Source of the DNA: Paramoeba atlantica
Lineage: Eukaryota > Protista > Discosea
Reading direction: 5' to 3'
Assembly (NCBI GenBank): GCA_977017575.1
Contig: CDRNVI010000020.1
Span: forward strand, 372,001 to 436,000
Length of the DNA stretch: 64,000 bases
Positions 19,301 to 28,873 of this stretch are shown here, in pieces; position 1 is the first letter of the stretch; every line of letters starts with the position of its first letter. Both the position numbers and the translations under genes were made by a program. The notes under the pieces were generated by a model. The model saw nothing but the letters and a program-made list of their open reading frames with translations. It was not told the origin of the DNA and did not search any database.

Positions 19301-20694
19301 TCTGGCTCATCCAGCGGTTCCATCCCGAGATCGTGGCCCTCTGCGTCTCCCCCCTCTCCCCCTCCCCTCTTCGGGCCTTAGCCCTTCGTCTCCTCCTCAC
19401 CGTGCTGCGCCAGTCCGTCGTCGCCCCGCACTGGTTCCTTCCCCCACTGCTGCTCGCCGGCAGCGAAAGCGCTGAGGCCGTGAGGGCCTGGCAGGGGCTC
19501 TGGGAGAACGATGCCGCGAGTGTGGTCTCCCAGGCCCCGGGGGTCGTGCTGGCCTCATATGGGTACTGGAGGCACAGCCAGGAGGGACAGGGGGGGGTCG
19601 ACGGCAGCGAAAGGGCAGAGGTTACGGGGTATTGCATGTATGAGGAGGGCAGCAGCGGGGAGAGGGTGGCGCCCAGGAGTCGACACGCGGCGCTGTATGG
19701 GGCGTTGCGGAAAGGACAGAGACGACGGGAGGGGTTTCTGCGGTCGGTGGTTCATGGCCTTGGGGGTGAAAAAATGCTCGGGGTTCTGTTTTCGGGTAAA
19801 GAGAGGAAGGAAATGGGGATGGAAGAGGTTTTGGAATTTGCACGCGCCCAGAGTGTGGTGACACAAACCCTTGCGTTTCTTCCGTACCGCGTGGAGGAGG
19901 AGGTGATGTTTGTGTTGGAGTGCTGCACCTCGGAGGTTACGCTGCTGGATCCGGAGGATCTTCAAGTGCAGCTTCAGGTACCGAAGAAGAGGAAGACAGG
20001 GAGGAAACCCGCGCTAAGAGGGAAACGTTCTCGCGGGAGCGTTTCGGATTCCGAACCTGACGGGGATGAGTTGCAACTTGCGATGGAACAGGTGCGTCAT
20101 TCCGTTACCGCATTACTTCTGTTGTCCATGAAAAGATTTCTTCGTAAGGAGTACAGGTTTACGGCGCACAAATTGAGTAAGTATGCCAACGGTCAAGGCA
20201 CGCCTCGAGTAGCGTTGTGTGTCCGAGATCCGGGAATTCCGCCAAGGTCTCCGGTTTCTGTATTCTTACAAGAAATGAAAGCCATTCAAGAAGTGATTCG
20301 AACGTCTATTACTAACACTTTTAGGGTGGGGAATCGGCTAGAGAAACGTATTGAATCTGGACTGACCAGTGATGGTTTGCTTCGCGAGCAAACAAGTATT
20401 TGTTTGGACGATATACGTCAGGCATTCGTTCCTCTTCTCCAATCAGCACTAGAAAAAGACATTACGATCGCTTTCTCGACATCGTACGTCTCTCCCGAAG
20501 CGAATTCAGAACATGAAGGGATGAGTCCGGAGCAAAGGAATCAACGTAATCACAGAAGTATACCAAACAGGAAACGGAGTGTCCAAAACAGAAGAATTGG
20601 GAACAATCAAAAAAAGGAAATCGAAAGCACTGATACTTCAAGTGCTAGTGAATCAATTTCTTTTTTGGATTCTGATTCTTCCGAGGATTGCTAA
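13369..20694 (+). CDS. SCC2: Cohesin loader Scc2/Nipped-B-like HEAT-repeat protein
   Basis: LRDDSAIVREAVLQLL and KRALGVL (cohesin-HEAT-like), SG...LIQRF..EI, FLPYRVEEEVMFVL and LLLLSMKRFLRKEYRFT..KL.KY (Nipped-B C-terminal-like); 2441 aa. Confidence 0.75.
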   Translation: METPDPTSSPVESSSPTPDSSLRLPPPFCFHNLIDISPSLLEALPLPCFEFPDRFLFSSSPRVQSYEDSESPEATKGRVLHPPNLREILAPGLYDTFFGLQEEQPFENEETTRVKVESSLQHEKNESSFAKDNLPYSGTDAKHANLNVNTSTEPDVFPETDTPRVTNWLPRECDGSLPSEPDLSDRILQSYKQSCITHLQLNSEAPFREESLNPEGAAWLNEDSLISRMARQVVQLANPGIINENKEKEKASSVVGSAKTRERLASAQPVPLQMRSRETVSQLGNISVLAGKVDMSLPEDVASSSSVSLSKKKEGGAFLNMGRVDSSMEATQSPPELKEEEIAQTISTAEREKQSQGIRKCDLTLKDEKLDLVTESRVSLVQKNVLRGEGVGSRTRAKCAQKEDTARGMVSKTDAVSETMLAATDSCVSDLSLQIREQKTKEKIKSELSAKRQRPARKPEKIFDPVKELCETVPAVDFLCNDLGSWRTWLAVFTDLYKDKYPLRTTLECFLYVSEKTRDRVNGLTFERSHEVLSLFACPSSRENQVNVLNFSKNAIKSINAFTQCTNLVTLHSSSKNGFEEWIAHLLNAFRIGVLSALWTVPMETFDRKAPTFENPQKDLKELSSDQYVSLHDFHALSMSLELLDSVMNLLSSVVRGFTKLAREVACDVFPVQTTNRRKAKERNCPPEKNDGSLKNFLGCLSDVLSTIFRNFIRVLRWTRCPLLQEIERREQLANFALQTLCIPINSITSHVSPAVALLHSLCIPRVMIYNSTTMACEVSARLQEGTTSDLCDFLRYQVLNSMTRAVDLDNYLHLPIEGKNITIFSSLVQLLLLSQPSDSTGLHETMARISQSLCTHVLSSFGILEAVKPIDNAANPEFKERKTRKAKPSRPARSERIVQEDPAVLQKWFDHLLEDALFCATLPQYPHAAPFVMHLTNYILAHCVRPLLQEDHQERAANFVPFENLTSAQRDKILYWGLHTLTQILRWSTIHSKYFEEKAILPPHVPFHKTVDPSGNGIEISQSTSSALTQVLDRLYDDWFRTPTKLLDLVETSTKSVRKKKHGKVMKNGPTTPLLDPNSTKDYPEETHRARCLLFRSLQSELIENPENATAILAALSTLTHEWETNERKRASESETKNEILDFAQHTAAAEFYHSVLHRELRNSLDRGGSASCIALPPEFWLCLPHISIEIKKSFSRSSSSFLPPPSRLDSLRGMVLYLIFTTKAQTQNVFSHSFTQRLVYALLSAFLHPRCGASLRKKVVGLLKSYFTVDSSAFRTLWPSLLRALRDDSAIVREAVLQLLPLCVRFFAQHTEKMYGSLLKSVLEAVGDSSELVAKRALGVLQNLLEEGKRKQVAGMYRIRFHVLCELLKKTSWMEADKVKIHRSVAETIWSVLFSETDPKALGGKDNDLSERSGSKHEDRSTHLHVRSRGADEALKTTWDQALSLFIHLVCADSPDPPFEQVATESSFLFQALACILGEESETSLVSNYTSEDKDTSTNKQNTRTQAKSATVRQSREHHVQQLVTRLLALLRDLHNPTPTMTSHPNLLPSTCPKGSLMASLHLLLTLVPHALKPAHFSSLCSYLSCTEKNSATSPQASRPSTDEVVVFIHTCGAVKAVITSLKVRRLDSTKSSLQNHASLNRWESLSTLVYNPLSRVLSRHVGDFPQRVLIQCIDTLCGLLPSETLYASVDSSTMAERLEKGYLPALQAVYGIYNQYYVRLSTVSQKWTQASVQSTNHKSTGSNSLPDGTDHNVAFVLRFLFILSQFLRRFPPCFSSLKPSLLSRDSDNASLCRGAGIYHNLYTLFRTLMSHVEANENNAKGKLLPVLLRAFGSLCIARPVDYLPLCETVLRQSLSLESTHETLSPEERTALQRQALWFIHDFLIEEEKCIEAAVRNEIRRDREKQQQNQNQKINQTNNPQKIPSSPQTPKETHNPKTQTSRTATTPFLPPLSPNPPESPLPRRSSQPDRSSGMTLWLIQRFHPEIVALCVSPLSPSPLRALALRLLLTVLRQSVVAPHWFLPPLLLAGSESAEAVRAWQGLWENDAASVVSQAPGVVLASYGYWRHSQEGQGGVDGSERAEVTGYCMYEEGSSGERVAPRSRHAALYGALRKGQRRREGFLRSVVHGLGGEKMLGVLFSGKERKEMGMEEVLEFARAQSVVTQTLAFLPYRVEEEVMFVLECCTSEVTLLDPEDLQVQLQVPKKRKTGRKPALRGKRSRGSVSDSEPDGDELQLAMEQVRHSVTALLLLSMKRFLRKEYRFTAHKLSKYANGQGTPRVALCVRDPGIPPRSPVSVFLQEMKAIQEVIRTSITNTFRVGNRLEKRIESGLTSDGLLREQTSICLDDIRQAFVPLLQSALEKDITIAFSTSYVSPEANSEHEGMSPEQRNQRNHRSIPNRKRSVQNRRIGNNQKKEIESTDTSSASESISFLDSDSSEDC

Positions 20695-20941
20695 TTCCTC
20701 CGGAGGCTGGATGATCCAAGAGTTTGGTATGTCAAGCCAACCACATGTACATGTATTACGGGAAGGAGGAGTATACCGAAAGTTCATTGGCTTCTTTAAC
20801 GCCTTCGTCAAATGTAGTCGGTGCTTTAGACTTGGCAGCAATAATATTGAAGTTGCTTGTTCTGCATTGAATGAAAAAAGAATGTCGTATAGTTTCTTAT
20901 TTTTACGTCTTCTTGCATATTCAACTAAACTTCAGTTTTGT

Positions 20942-21577
20942 ATGTCATCAGAAGCGAGCAACTTCAGTGCCGCTTCTCGGGCTGGAAAAGTCCGGGGTAA
21001 TGTTCCCCAAGAGTACGAACTTGCAAACCTTATTCAAAACGTGAAGAATCCGCATTACTCCTGGGACTCAACTATGCCACTTTGTCAGCGTAAAGGGCTG
21101 CGTTGCAATGATGATGGTCTGCTTGAAACGATTCGCTGGGAGTTTCTGGGGTTACGTGGGTCACTGAACTGGGAGTACTTACCCAGGTCTCTTACGCATT
21201 TCAGTGTTACTTACAGTAAACTCACCGGAGAATTGGAAATCGGTAACCTTCCGTCCCAGCTTGAGTCTCTCTTTGTGAATGATAATGAGCTCACTGGAAC
21301 CCCTGATTTAACAAGTCTTCCTCAGAATCTGGATGTCTTAGGACTTTCGAATAACTTGTTTCACGGGGTGTTGGACTTTAGTAAGATGCCTGACTCACTG
21401 CGTATACTTTGGCTGCAGAATAATGCTGAATTGGGGGGAACGTTGGAAGAAGGCGTGATTCCAAAGCGAACGACGTACAACGTGGGAGGAACAAAGATAG
21501 TGACTTGGAATAGGAAACGTATGAGGGAACTGTGGTCTACCGAAGCCATAGTCATAAAATACCTTTATTCCGATTAA
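20942..21577 (+). CDS. LRR protein (KVRG family)
   Basis: ASRAGKVRGNVPQEYEL N-terminus followed by LRR units. ATG 20942 preferred over ORF start 20579, which overlaps SCC2. Confidence 0.8.
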   Translation: MSSEASNFSAASRAGKVRGNVPQEYELANLIQNVKNPHYSWDSTMPLCQRKGLRCNDDGLLETIRWEFLGLRGSLNWEYLPRSLTHFSVTYSKLTGELEIGNLPSQLESLFVNDNELTGTPDLTSLPQNLDVLGLSNNLFHGVLDFSKMPDSLRILWLQNNAELGGTLEEGVIPKRTTYNVGGTKIVTWNRKRMRELWSTEAIVIKYLYSD

Positions 21578-21945
21578 TGTTGAAACGGCAAGGACCGCCG
21601 AATTGGTTAATGTGGTGCTTTATATCGTATAACTGCTTCTTTCGACAATCTATTATCTCTTTATACAGACCCGGCATAATCGGACATCACTATCGTTGAA
21701 TCAGCAGCACCTTCACATGAATTGAGGAAAAATCTCTCACCTTGAAGGCCAATGAAATCTCCAAGGTGAAGTCAGCAAGGTTTCACGAAGTTTTCAAAGC
21801 TCTTGTAAGTTGGAATATCTCTTTTTATGTTTTTCTTGTACTAAACGCAATATAATGCTGTATCGCTCTACTACTGTATAATAGTAATGTGTTGCTCATT
21901 ATTTTTCTCTTTAGATTCACTGATTTTTTCTAGGGAAGGGTGGAG

Positions 21946-22671
21946 ATGATTGTTTCGAACACAGCGGATGTCGATTCTGACTTTCGTCGTGGGAAGGTTT
22001 CATCCATGTTATTACCACAAATGGACATGTTGGAACGCTTTATCGCAAAGGCACATTTGACGCAAAGGCCCAAGTCGTGGAGAGCAACTAAGAAGAGTAT
22101 ATTTGGGCGTGTCAAGAGTGTGTCAGTTTGCACATGGCAAGGCGTGGCATGTGGTGAACATGGCGAAATTATGCGCGTTGATTTTTCCGGAGATTATTTA
22201 TCCTCCTATAAAAATATTGTTCGTCTTTCAGGATTTTTGCAGTAGGAATTCTTGCCCAGTACTGTAGTTTCTCTTGTATTAAATCAGAATAATTTAATCG
22301 GAGAAGTGGAGTTCGACAATCTACCACCTCCAATGCGTGACCTTGTTATTAATCATAACAGATTTTCTGGAACACCTCAATTTGGAAATTTACCTTGCGA
22401 AATGCGAGTGTTGTATCTTGCGGTCAATAAGTTCAGTGGCGGAGTGACGTTTGGAAATTTACCTTGCACTCTGGAAACCATCACGCTTTGTCATAATCCT
22501 GGTCTTTGTGGTGAGATCGATATCTTACAACTTCCAAAGGTCATTCGGTACTATGATTTCGAGGAAACGAATATTACTGTACGCAATGGTGATATTCGTA
22601 TGTATAGAGACGAGAGACTTGCCCTTTCCCCTAAGTACAAAGAGCTTTTAAGGCTAGGAGTTATGGTATAG
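21946..22671 (+). pseudogene. LRR pseudogene (in-frame TAG at 22243-22245)
   Basis: SGFLQ*EFLPSTV where paralogues have GSLQW.YLP; both halves are in the same frame. Confidence 0.75.
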
Positions 22672-22888
22672 TGCAGAAAGACTCGGTTTTGTAATTTGCT
22701 TGTCGCTTATTGACTAAATTTTAGCGAGGTTGAAAAACTACAACTTGAAGGTAACGAGGTTGAAAAACTACAACTTGTATACCTTGCTGTATTCTATCAC
22801 TCATATTTATCTCATCCTTGCCTCGTCCTTGCTTGTGTCACTCATCTTTGTACTGCAGATCTATTTCTTTTTTTCACAGCACAGGTAC

Positions 22889-23950
22889 ATGGCTCTTGAC
22901 CCTCAAGTCTTTTCAAAGGAATGCTCCCTGAAGCACGAAAGCAACCAATCACAAGGCATTGGAGCAACCAATCACAAGGAAGCGCTATCCAACAAAACCC
23001 ATGTAATGGATCTTCAAGAAGATTTGCAACAAATCCCACTTGGAGTCATTCCTCCGACCTCAGAACTTGTTTCTGAAATGGGTGTGAAGCAACCGCCATG
23101 GAAGTTTCTCATTCCAGTAGGCAAACACACGATTTGGTCGATTGGACGCCTCATGGTAGCCGCTGGGAAGAAGGTGGATATTTCTTACTGTGTTTGTAAC
23201 ATGCTGTGCGTGATTTGCGGTGAGTTACCTTTGAATGCAATGTGTTCTTTCCACAAAAGTATGTGCTGCACTGCGGTGTTTACGAAAGTACAGAAAAGCA
23301 AGACTCTAACTTTTTCCAGCGACTTGATCAACATGGTTGCGAGCTCCATTTTAACGATTGCCAGTGATCTGTGTGTGCGAACTGACAATGAATTTCTCGC
23401 TCGTCAACAAATTGTTGTGACATCCTTGATGAAGAAACAATACGGTCTTGACTCCCATCCGAAATATTTACACTTACAACCCCTTTCTCCGCTTCTGAAC
23501 GTGGTGTATAATAGAATTGGAGCAACATTGGTCAGATACGGTTCTTTGCCGCATGCCGATCCATTTTGGACTGGAGCGAACGGTTATCTGTCCTTCCTGT
23601 TTCGCTGGGCTCGAAATTGCGAACTACAAAACGTCTCCGTGGCTCTGACATTCTTGGATGGCAAAGTCACTGCTTTGGGTCCTACGCTGGAAAACGAAGT
23701 TTCTTCTGCTCAAGCGTGTGTTAAGTCTCTCCATGAAGCATATCCACATTCGTCTTACATTGGCTTACTTGCGGAACCCATTAGTGCGATGTTTTCCATC
23801 AACGAGCTAGTGGCCCTCCAGTACCTCGGACATTCATTACGACTTGCTACAGGATTTTTAAATGAAACTGATTTCAAGCGTCTTTGGCGTCTAAAGCCGG
23901 TTGTGAAACATGAAATCAAGGCCATCATTGCGAATTGCGGATTTAAGTAA
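22889..23950 (+). CDS. Hypothetical protein with Cys-rich segment
   Basis: Open frame of 354 codons after a pyrimidine tract/AG (TTTTTTTCACAG); CVCNMLCVIC...CSFH..MCC; no family recognised. Confidence 0.55.
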   Translation: MALDPQVFSKECSLKHESNQSQGIGATNHKEALSNKTHVMDLQEDLQQIPLGVIPPTSELVSEMGVKQPPWKFLIPVGKHTIWSIGRLMVAAGKKVDISYCVCNMLCVICGELPLNAMCSFHKSMCCTAVFTKVQKSKTLTFSSDLINMVASSILTIASDLCVRTDNEFLARQQIVVTSLMKKQYGLDSHPKYLHLQPLSPLLNVVYNRIGATLVRYGSLPHADPFWTGANGYLSFLFRWARNCELQNVSVALTFLDGKVTALGPTLENEVSSAQACVKSLHEAYPHSSYIGLLAEPISAMFSINELVALQYLGHSLRLATGFLNETDFKRLWRLKPVVKHEIKAIIANCGFK

Positions 23951-24747
23951 TATTATTTCAGAGCCTACAGACTGTTCTTCTATCCTGCTTGAGGCAGAAA
24001 CCTTGCTAAAATGAATTCCTGAAAAATGATTAAAAAAGTGTGTTTATGAATTGAATGTACCTATAGGCATTGTTCTTTATACAGTGGTCTTGCTAAACGA
24101 TATGTTGCATAAAGATTGGCGATGTTGTAATTGAAAAAACGTACCTTGCACATACCTGAGCTAAAGAAAACGAATGTTCGTGACGTGACAAACATTTTTA
24201 TTTATTTATCTGTTTGACGCAAGGAACTTTGACGTCATAAAATTTTACAAAGAGTATTCTGAATTATAAATAATTTATAAAGTGTTGAGTTGAAGATCAT
24301 GTAGTAAATATTGATTAGGCACCGCTATACCAACGAAAAGCATGAAACTACGCGGAAGAAAAGTGAAAAAAGTAAAATACTTTCTTTGTTTTTGTTGTTG
24401 TACTCTTGCTTCCCTATGGACTTTCATTTAGAAGTGGATATTTAAAAGGATACATACAAAATTCAAATTTTTCTTTCTGATGTGGTTTATCTCTTTGATT
24501 TTTTATGCTACTTCCATTAGATTACGAATGATAAATTATTAGTCCATTTTCTTTTATCGGTTCTATTACTCTTCTTTGACACAACAAACTTTCTGAGATA
24601 CCTTTCCCTGCATCCCTAAACTCGATAAGTACTGCCTCCATTATTTACTTATTTTCTTTCTTTTTTCTTTTATTCAATTCATTCCCCGTATATTTTACAT
24701 GCCCTTGTTCCTCCTTTCTACCCTTCCCTTCCCTCTCCTCTCCTACT

Positions 24748-25360
24748 GTGGACGATGTCCACGTTCGTCGCGGAAAGGTCAGTGCAGCGCTGCTTCCTCA
24801 GGACGAGCAAATGGAGCGTCTCGTACATCGCGTTGAGAACCCCCACTCGAGCTGGGTGCTCTTACGTTTCACATGGTGTGGGCGTGAGCCCGTCTCGGAG
24901 TGTACCTGGGAGGGGTTTCGATGTGACCCCCAGGGAAGGCTGCGCGCGGTTGTCCTGCGCGACTTTTACAGAGGATACTTGGAGTTCAGGGCGCTTCCCG
25001 CAACCACGCAAATGCTCTACCTCACAAAAACATTTCTCACAGGGGGCATTCCCTGGGACACGCTTCCCGTCTCCCTGGAGGAGGTGGTGCTGTGTGATAA
25101 TCTTTTTCAAGAAGAGGTCAAGCTCGCGAGCCTTCCCCCGGCGCTGGTGCGTCTTAACATCCCGGGAAACCAATTCACCGGTCCCACCGACTTGAGTCAA
25201 CTTCCCCCTGCACTGAGAATGTTGAATTTGTCCGAGAACCGCCTCTTCGGGATGATCACGTTGGATTCTCTGCCGCAGGGTTTGGTCCACCTCTATCTGC
25301 AGAGGAATCGTTTCTCGGGGGAGTTGAACTTTTCCAAGCTTCCTTTGCGGCTGGAGCACT
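24748..25360 (+). pseudogene. LRR gene truncated by SL/retrotransposon insertion
   Basis: RRGKVSAALLPQ N-terminus and several LRR units; the frame runs into SL-like sequence after ..KLPLRLEH. Confidence 0.75.
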
Positions 25361-25362
25361 GT

Positions 25363-25415
25363 ATAAAGATACAGTTTCTTTCACTGTATAAAGATACAGT
25401 TTCTGTACCTTGTTG
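25363..25415 (+). other. Tandem spliced-leader-like fragments (partial 25363-25379; 28-mer 25388-25415)
   Basis: ATAAAGATACAGTTTCTGTACCTTGTTG carries the kinetoplastid SL core ACAGTTTCTGTAC and ends TTG; 23-bp direct repeat with 25-bp period. Confidence 0.75.
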
Positions 25416-28400
25416 TTTTTTTTTCTAAACTGTATCTCCAACATGTCCGACAATCCCACTTCTCCGCGGAATGTTGACGATGCGCTGCCTGACCTCCCTC
25501 GAGCTTCCGGCGGCGTACAGACGCAAACCCTGCACTTCGTCCACAGCAGATCACGGCCCGTTAAGATACGACGCCTCACTGATCTGCATTGGACGTATTT
25601 CCCGGACATTAAGACCGCGAGCCAATGGTCCATAGTCAGACAAAGAATTCCATCCCGACAAGGTGCGGAAGTAGCTATCACGAAACTGCTGAGTAAGTGT
25701 GCATCAGCACACGATCTCGTAGCTGAACACACCACCTTTGAGGAGCTCGTGGAGCATAACGCGTGCGACTATATAAAGGTTACGAGGAATGAACACCCCT
25801 ACACCATCTCCCTGCACCCAAACTGGGTCTCGATGCACACCGACCCTGCCCTCAGCCTGCGAGACAAGTATTCCACCCCAAGCACGCTAAATAAGGCAGC
25901 CCTGAAGGCCATACAGGGAAGAGAAATATCGGGACTGAAGCACATAAAAATCGAGCTCATAAGAAACCAGGAAACACCAAGCACTGAAACCGCGGAATAC
26001 GAGAAGCCGCGCAGGATAGAAGAATCTCCTCATAAAATCGCTCCCCCACGAACGCCAAAGCCCCAGAAGGGTAAAACTGATCAACACAAGGGACCATGCA
26101 AGCACCGCTGCTTGAGCAAACTCTCCTGTGCTCACAAGTGCTGTAAAATCTATGGACCGCTGCCGAGTGAGGACGCTACATATTGCTCATCAGAAGGAGC
26201 ACTGCCACCTGAGATCGTCCCAGAAGGAACCGCAAATAACACCAACCCAGGAGATCCAAGTAAATATACGCCGGAAAGCACCTCTTCGGAACCTGCGACA
26301 CATACAAAATGCAACACACATGCGTCGAACGGTCACCGCAAACCTACCGTACATGATGAACCTTCCGCCCCGCATCCATGTCGTCATTCCTGCAAGAACA
26401 AAGCTACGTGCGGACATCTATGTTGTAAACGAGGCATTAAATCTTCGCATCTGGACTTTCCAATTTCCGCGACTTCCACAAATGAAAATCTACAAACGAA
26501 GCTATGCAACGCAATATCACGGGAGGGCGCTCACACAACTTTAGAACGCGGGTTAAACCCGGCAACACAACCTCCACCTGGTGTCCAAATGGTCCCACCT
26601 GCCGAGGGAACCCAAACAGAGGGGGCCGACGTCAACCAGAACTCCGTAACACCAAACCTCAACGACAACGATAGTGATTTCCTACGGAAAGCTGCTAAAT
26701 TGGCTGGTTGGGCCATGCGTAACGTTATAAACCTCTACCGCCTTCCCAATACTAGCATCAACGGACCAACAAACGGGAACCAACATACTGTGCAAATCAC
26801 GGATGCGACGTGCACTGACAACAAAGATAGCACTATGCACAACCCTGCGCCACTCCCTGACGCGACGCCTAGCAGTGCAGCGCATTACCCACAGAACACC
26901 GTACACATGGAACCATGTCGTCACCGATACTCGGCCAAGCTACGCTGTCTACATAAATGCTGTAAGATATATGGACCGCTTAGGTACAATGAGCCCCTCA
27001 TCCGACCTTCTCCTCTTCCTCCTCCTTCGCACACTACGGAACTTCGAGTTCCATCATGGGATGAAACCAGCGAAAGGGAGCGCCTCCATCTGCTTGAACA
27101 ACACAAAACCATAACAGGAGGAAAAATGTGCCTAAAGCTTAACGACGATCAATGGAAGGCGGTTGAAAACAAGGCATACGATGCATGCCGAAGGCTGCAA
27201 TATCCAATAGTAGACACCCCGGAAATCGCAGTGAAAAACGCAGAACTCCTGGGTGCCTCTCTGGCAGTGGCGGCATACGAAATTGCACAAGAGATTAACC
27301 CCACTAAAGGTTTCCTCACGCGATCGAAACGCGGACACGCCCGATTCAAGCACCGGACACTTTCGTCTGAAAATGCAGCCCACGAAATGACGAAACACAT
27401 ACGCAACCAAAAGAAATCACTACGCTACACACACGGAACGGAACGCCAAGAGCTCCGTCGCTGCATTAAGGAAAGTGAGAAGCTAGAGAAAACATACACA
27501 GAAGAGGCCAAAGCACATAGGAAACAGCTAGAAAGACAATGGGCCCATAGCAGATTCACGCGGAACCCGTGGACAGCAGCATCCGAGGCCTTGGACCGCC
27601 CCTCGACCTCCGCCACCGCCGAATATCCTGAATGCGATTTACCTACGATAGAAAAATATTTCACAGAAAGCACAGCACCTCCCGCCGAAGAGCATCGCCT
27701 GCCGCCGAACAACGTACTTGGTCCTCTACCCATCAACGAAATGGAATGGTCTCCACTGACCGCGCAAGATGTCGCAGACGCGCTCAGCAGCAAAAGAAGC
27801 GCAAGCGCGCCAGGGCGTGATACGATTACAAACGCACTTCTAAAACAATGCAAATACCTGTACCCCCGTATAGCGAACACGTTTAATGATCTTCTGCGCT
27901 ACGGCGTCTGCCCGCCATGCTGGTCCTCCGCCGTAGTTAAACTCATTCACAAAAGAGGCCAAAAACACATCCCGAAAAACTGGAGGCCTATCTCCCTGAC
28001 TAGCGCTCTAGGCAAACTTTTCAATAGCATGATCGGACACCAAATTTTGACGCATACCGTGTCCTCCGGCCTCCTAGATACAAGCGTTCAAAAAGGCTTT
28101 CTTCCGAAGATGAGTGGCACACTGGAACACACGCAAGCTCTCTCCGAAATACTACAATACTACCGCCGAAACAAAAGGCAATATTGTCTCACGCAGTTTG
28201 ATCTCAGCAATGCATTCGGCTCGGTCCCCCATAACATCATCTTCGAGGCACTGCGATGGGCAAACGTCTCGCCACAAATCGTGTCCTACGTTGAAAGCAT
28301 GTATTCACATGCGGAAATGCGTATTAAGTGTGTCGAAGGTTTGTCACGTGCTATACCGATACACAGAGGCGTACTACAAGGTGATACCCTGTCGCCCATA

Positions 28401-28867
28401 ATTTTCAACTTAGTGATGGAAACTGTACTACGATACCTCAAGCAATCGTGCCCCCGGTATGGCCTTGACTACCCAGATACTCCAAGGCATTTCCTGAAAG
28501 CCCACGTTGACGACCTGACGATACTGACTAGCAGCGATACCGACATGCAGCACGCGACCAACACACTCGAAACTGCACTGAGACGAATAGGACTCTCAAT
28601 CAACGTAGACAAGAGCCGTACACAGTGCATGTCCATGCGTGAAGGCAGTGAGCACCCGGGTTACATGACCAGGAAGCCGAGACTCAATATCGAAGGCAAA
28701 GCGATACCACATATATGTGACCGTGGAAGCACTTTTCTTGGAATGACCATAGCACCAGGAGCACAGCAAGCGAAAGAACTTTTCAAAAATCTGGATGTCA
28801 GACTAAGAACATGGCTTCGGAATGTCGACGAGAGTGCACACAGTCTCCCCGAAAAACTTTGGATCTA
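25416..28867 (+). mobile_element. RLE-type non-LTR retrotransposon family A, 5' part (3'-truncated)
   Basis: 27-nt UTR, then an ORF with RT domains; 28295-28867 is nearly identical to 39720-40292. Confidence 0.9.
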
Positions 28868-28868
28868 G
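25443..28868 (+). CDS. Retrotransposon ORF: three Cys/His motifs + reverse transcriptase (truncated before Zn knuckle/RLE)
   Basis: SAPGRD, WRPISL, QKGFLP.MSG.LEH, DLSNAFGSVPH, GVLQGDTLSP..F, HVDD (YVDD in second copy); stop created at the junction with the SL fragment. Confidence 0.9.
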   Translation: MSDNPTSPRNVDDALPDLPRASGGVQTQTLHFVHSRSRPVKIRRLTDLHWTYFPDIKTASQWSIVRQRIPSRQGAEVAITKLLSKCASAHDLVAEHTTFEELVEHNACDYIKVTRNEHPYTISLHPNWVSMHTDPALSLRDKYSTPSTLNKAALKAIQGREISGLKHIKIELIRNQETPSTETAEYEKPRRIEESPHKIAPPRTPKPQKGKTDQHKGPCKHRCLSKLSCAHKCCKIYGPLPSEDATYCSSEGALPPEIVPEGTANNTNPGDPSKYTPESTSSEPATHTKCNTHASNGHRKPTVHDEPSAPHPCRHSCKNKATCGHLCCKRGIKSSHLDFPISATSTNENLQTKLCNAISREGAHTTLERGLNPATQPPPGVQMVPPAEGTQTEGADVNQNSVTPNLNDNDSDFLRKAAKLAGWAMRNVINLYRLPNTSINGPTNGNQHTVQITDATCTDNKDSTMHNPAPLPDATPSSAAHYPQNTVHMEPCRHRYSAKLRCLHKCCKIYGPLRYNEPLIRPSPLPPPSHTTELRVPSWDETSERERLHLLEQHKTITGGKMCLKLNDDQWKAVENKAYDACRRLQYPIVDTPEIAVKNAELLGASLAVAAYEIAQEINPTKGFLTRSKRGHARFKHRTLSSENAAHEMTKHIRNQKKSLRYTHGTERQELRRCIKESEKLEKTYTEEAKAHRKQLERQWAHSRFTRNPWTAASEALDRPSTSATAEYPECDLPTIEKYFTESTAPPAEEHRLPPNNVLGPLPINEMEWSPLTAQDVADALSSKRSASAPGRDTITNALLKQCKYLYPRIANTFNDLLRYGVCPPCWSSAVVKLIHKRGQKHIPKNWRPISLTSALGKLFNSMIGHQILTHTVSSGLLDTSVQKGFLPKMSGTLEHTQALSEILQYYRRNKRQYCLTQFDLSNAFGSVPHNIIFEALRWANVSPQIVSYVESMYSHAEMRIKCVEGLSRAIPIHRGVLQGDTLSPIIFNLVMETVLRYLKQSCPRYGLDYPDTPRHFLKAHVDDLTILTSSDTDMQHATNTLETALRRIGLSINVDKSRTQCMSMREGSEHPGYMTRKPRLNIEGKAIPHICDRGSTFLGMTIAPGAQQAKELFKNLDVRLRTWLRNVDESAHSLPEKLWI

Positions 28869-28873
28869 ATTGG

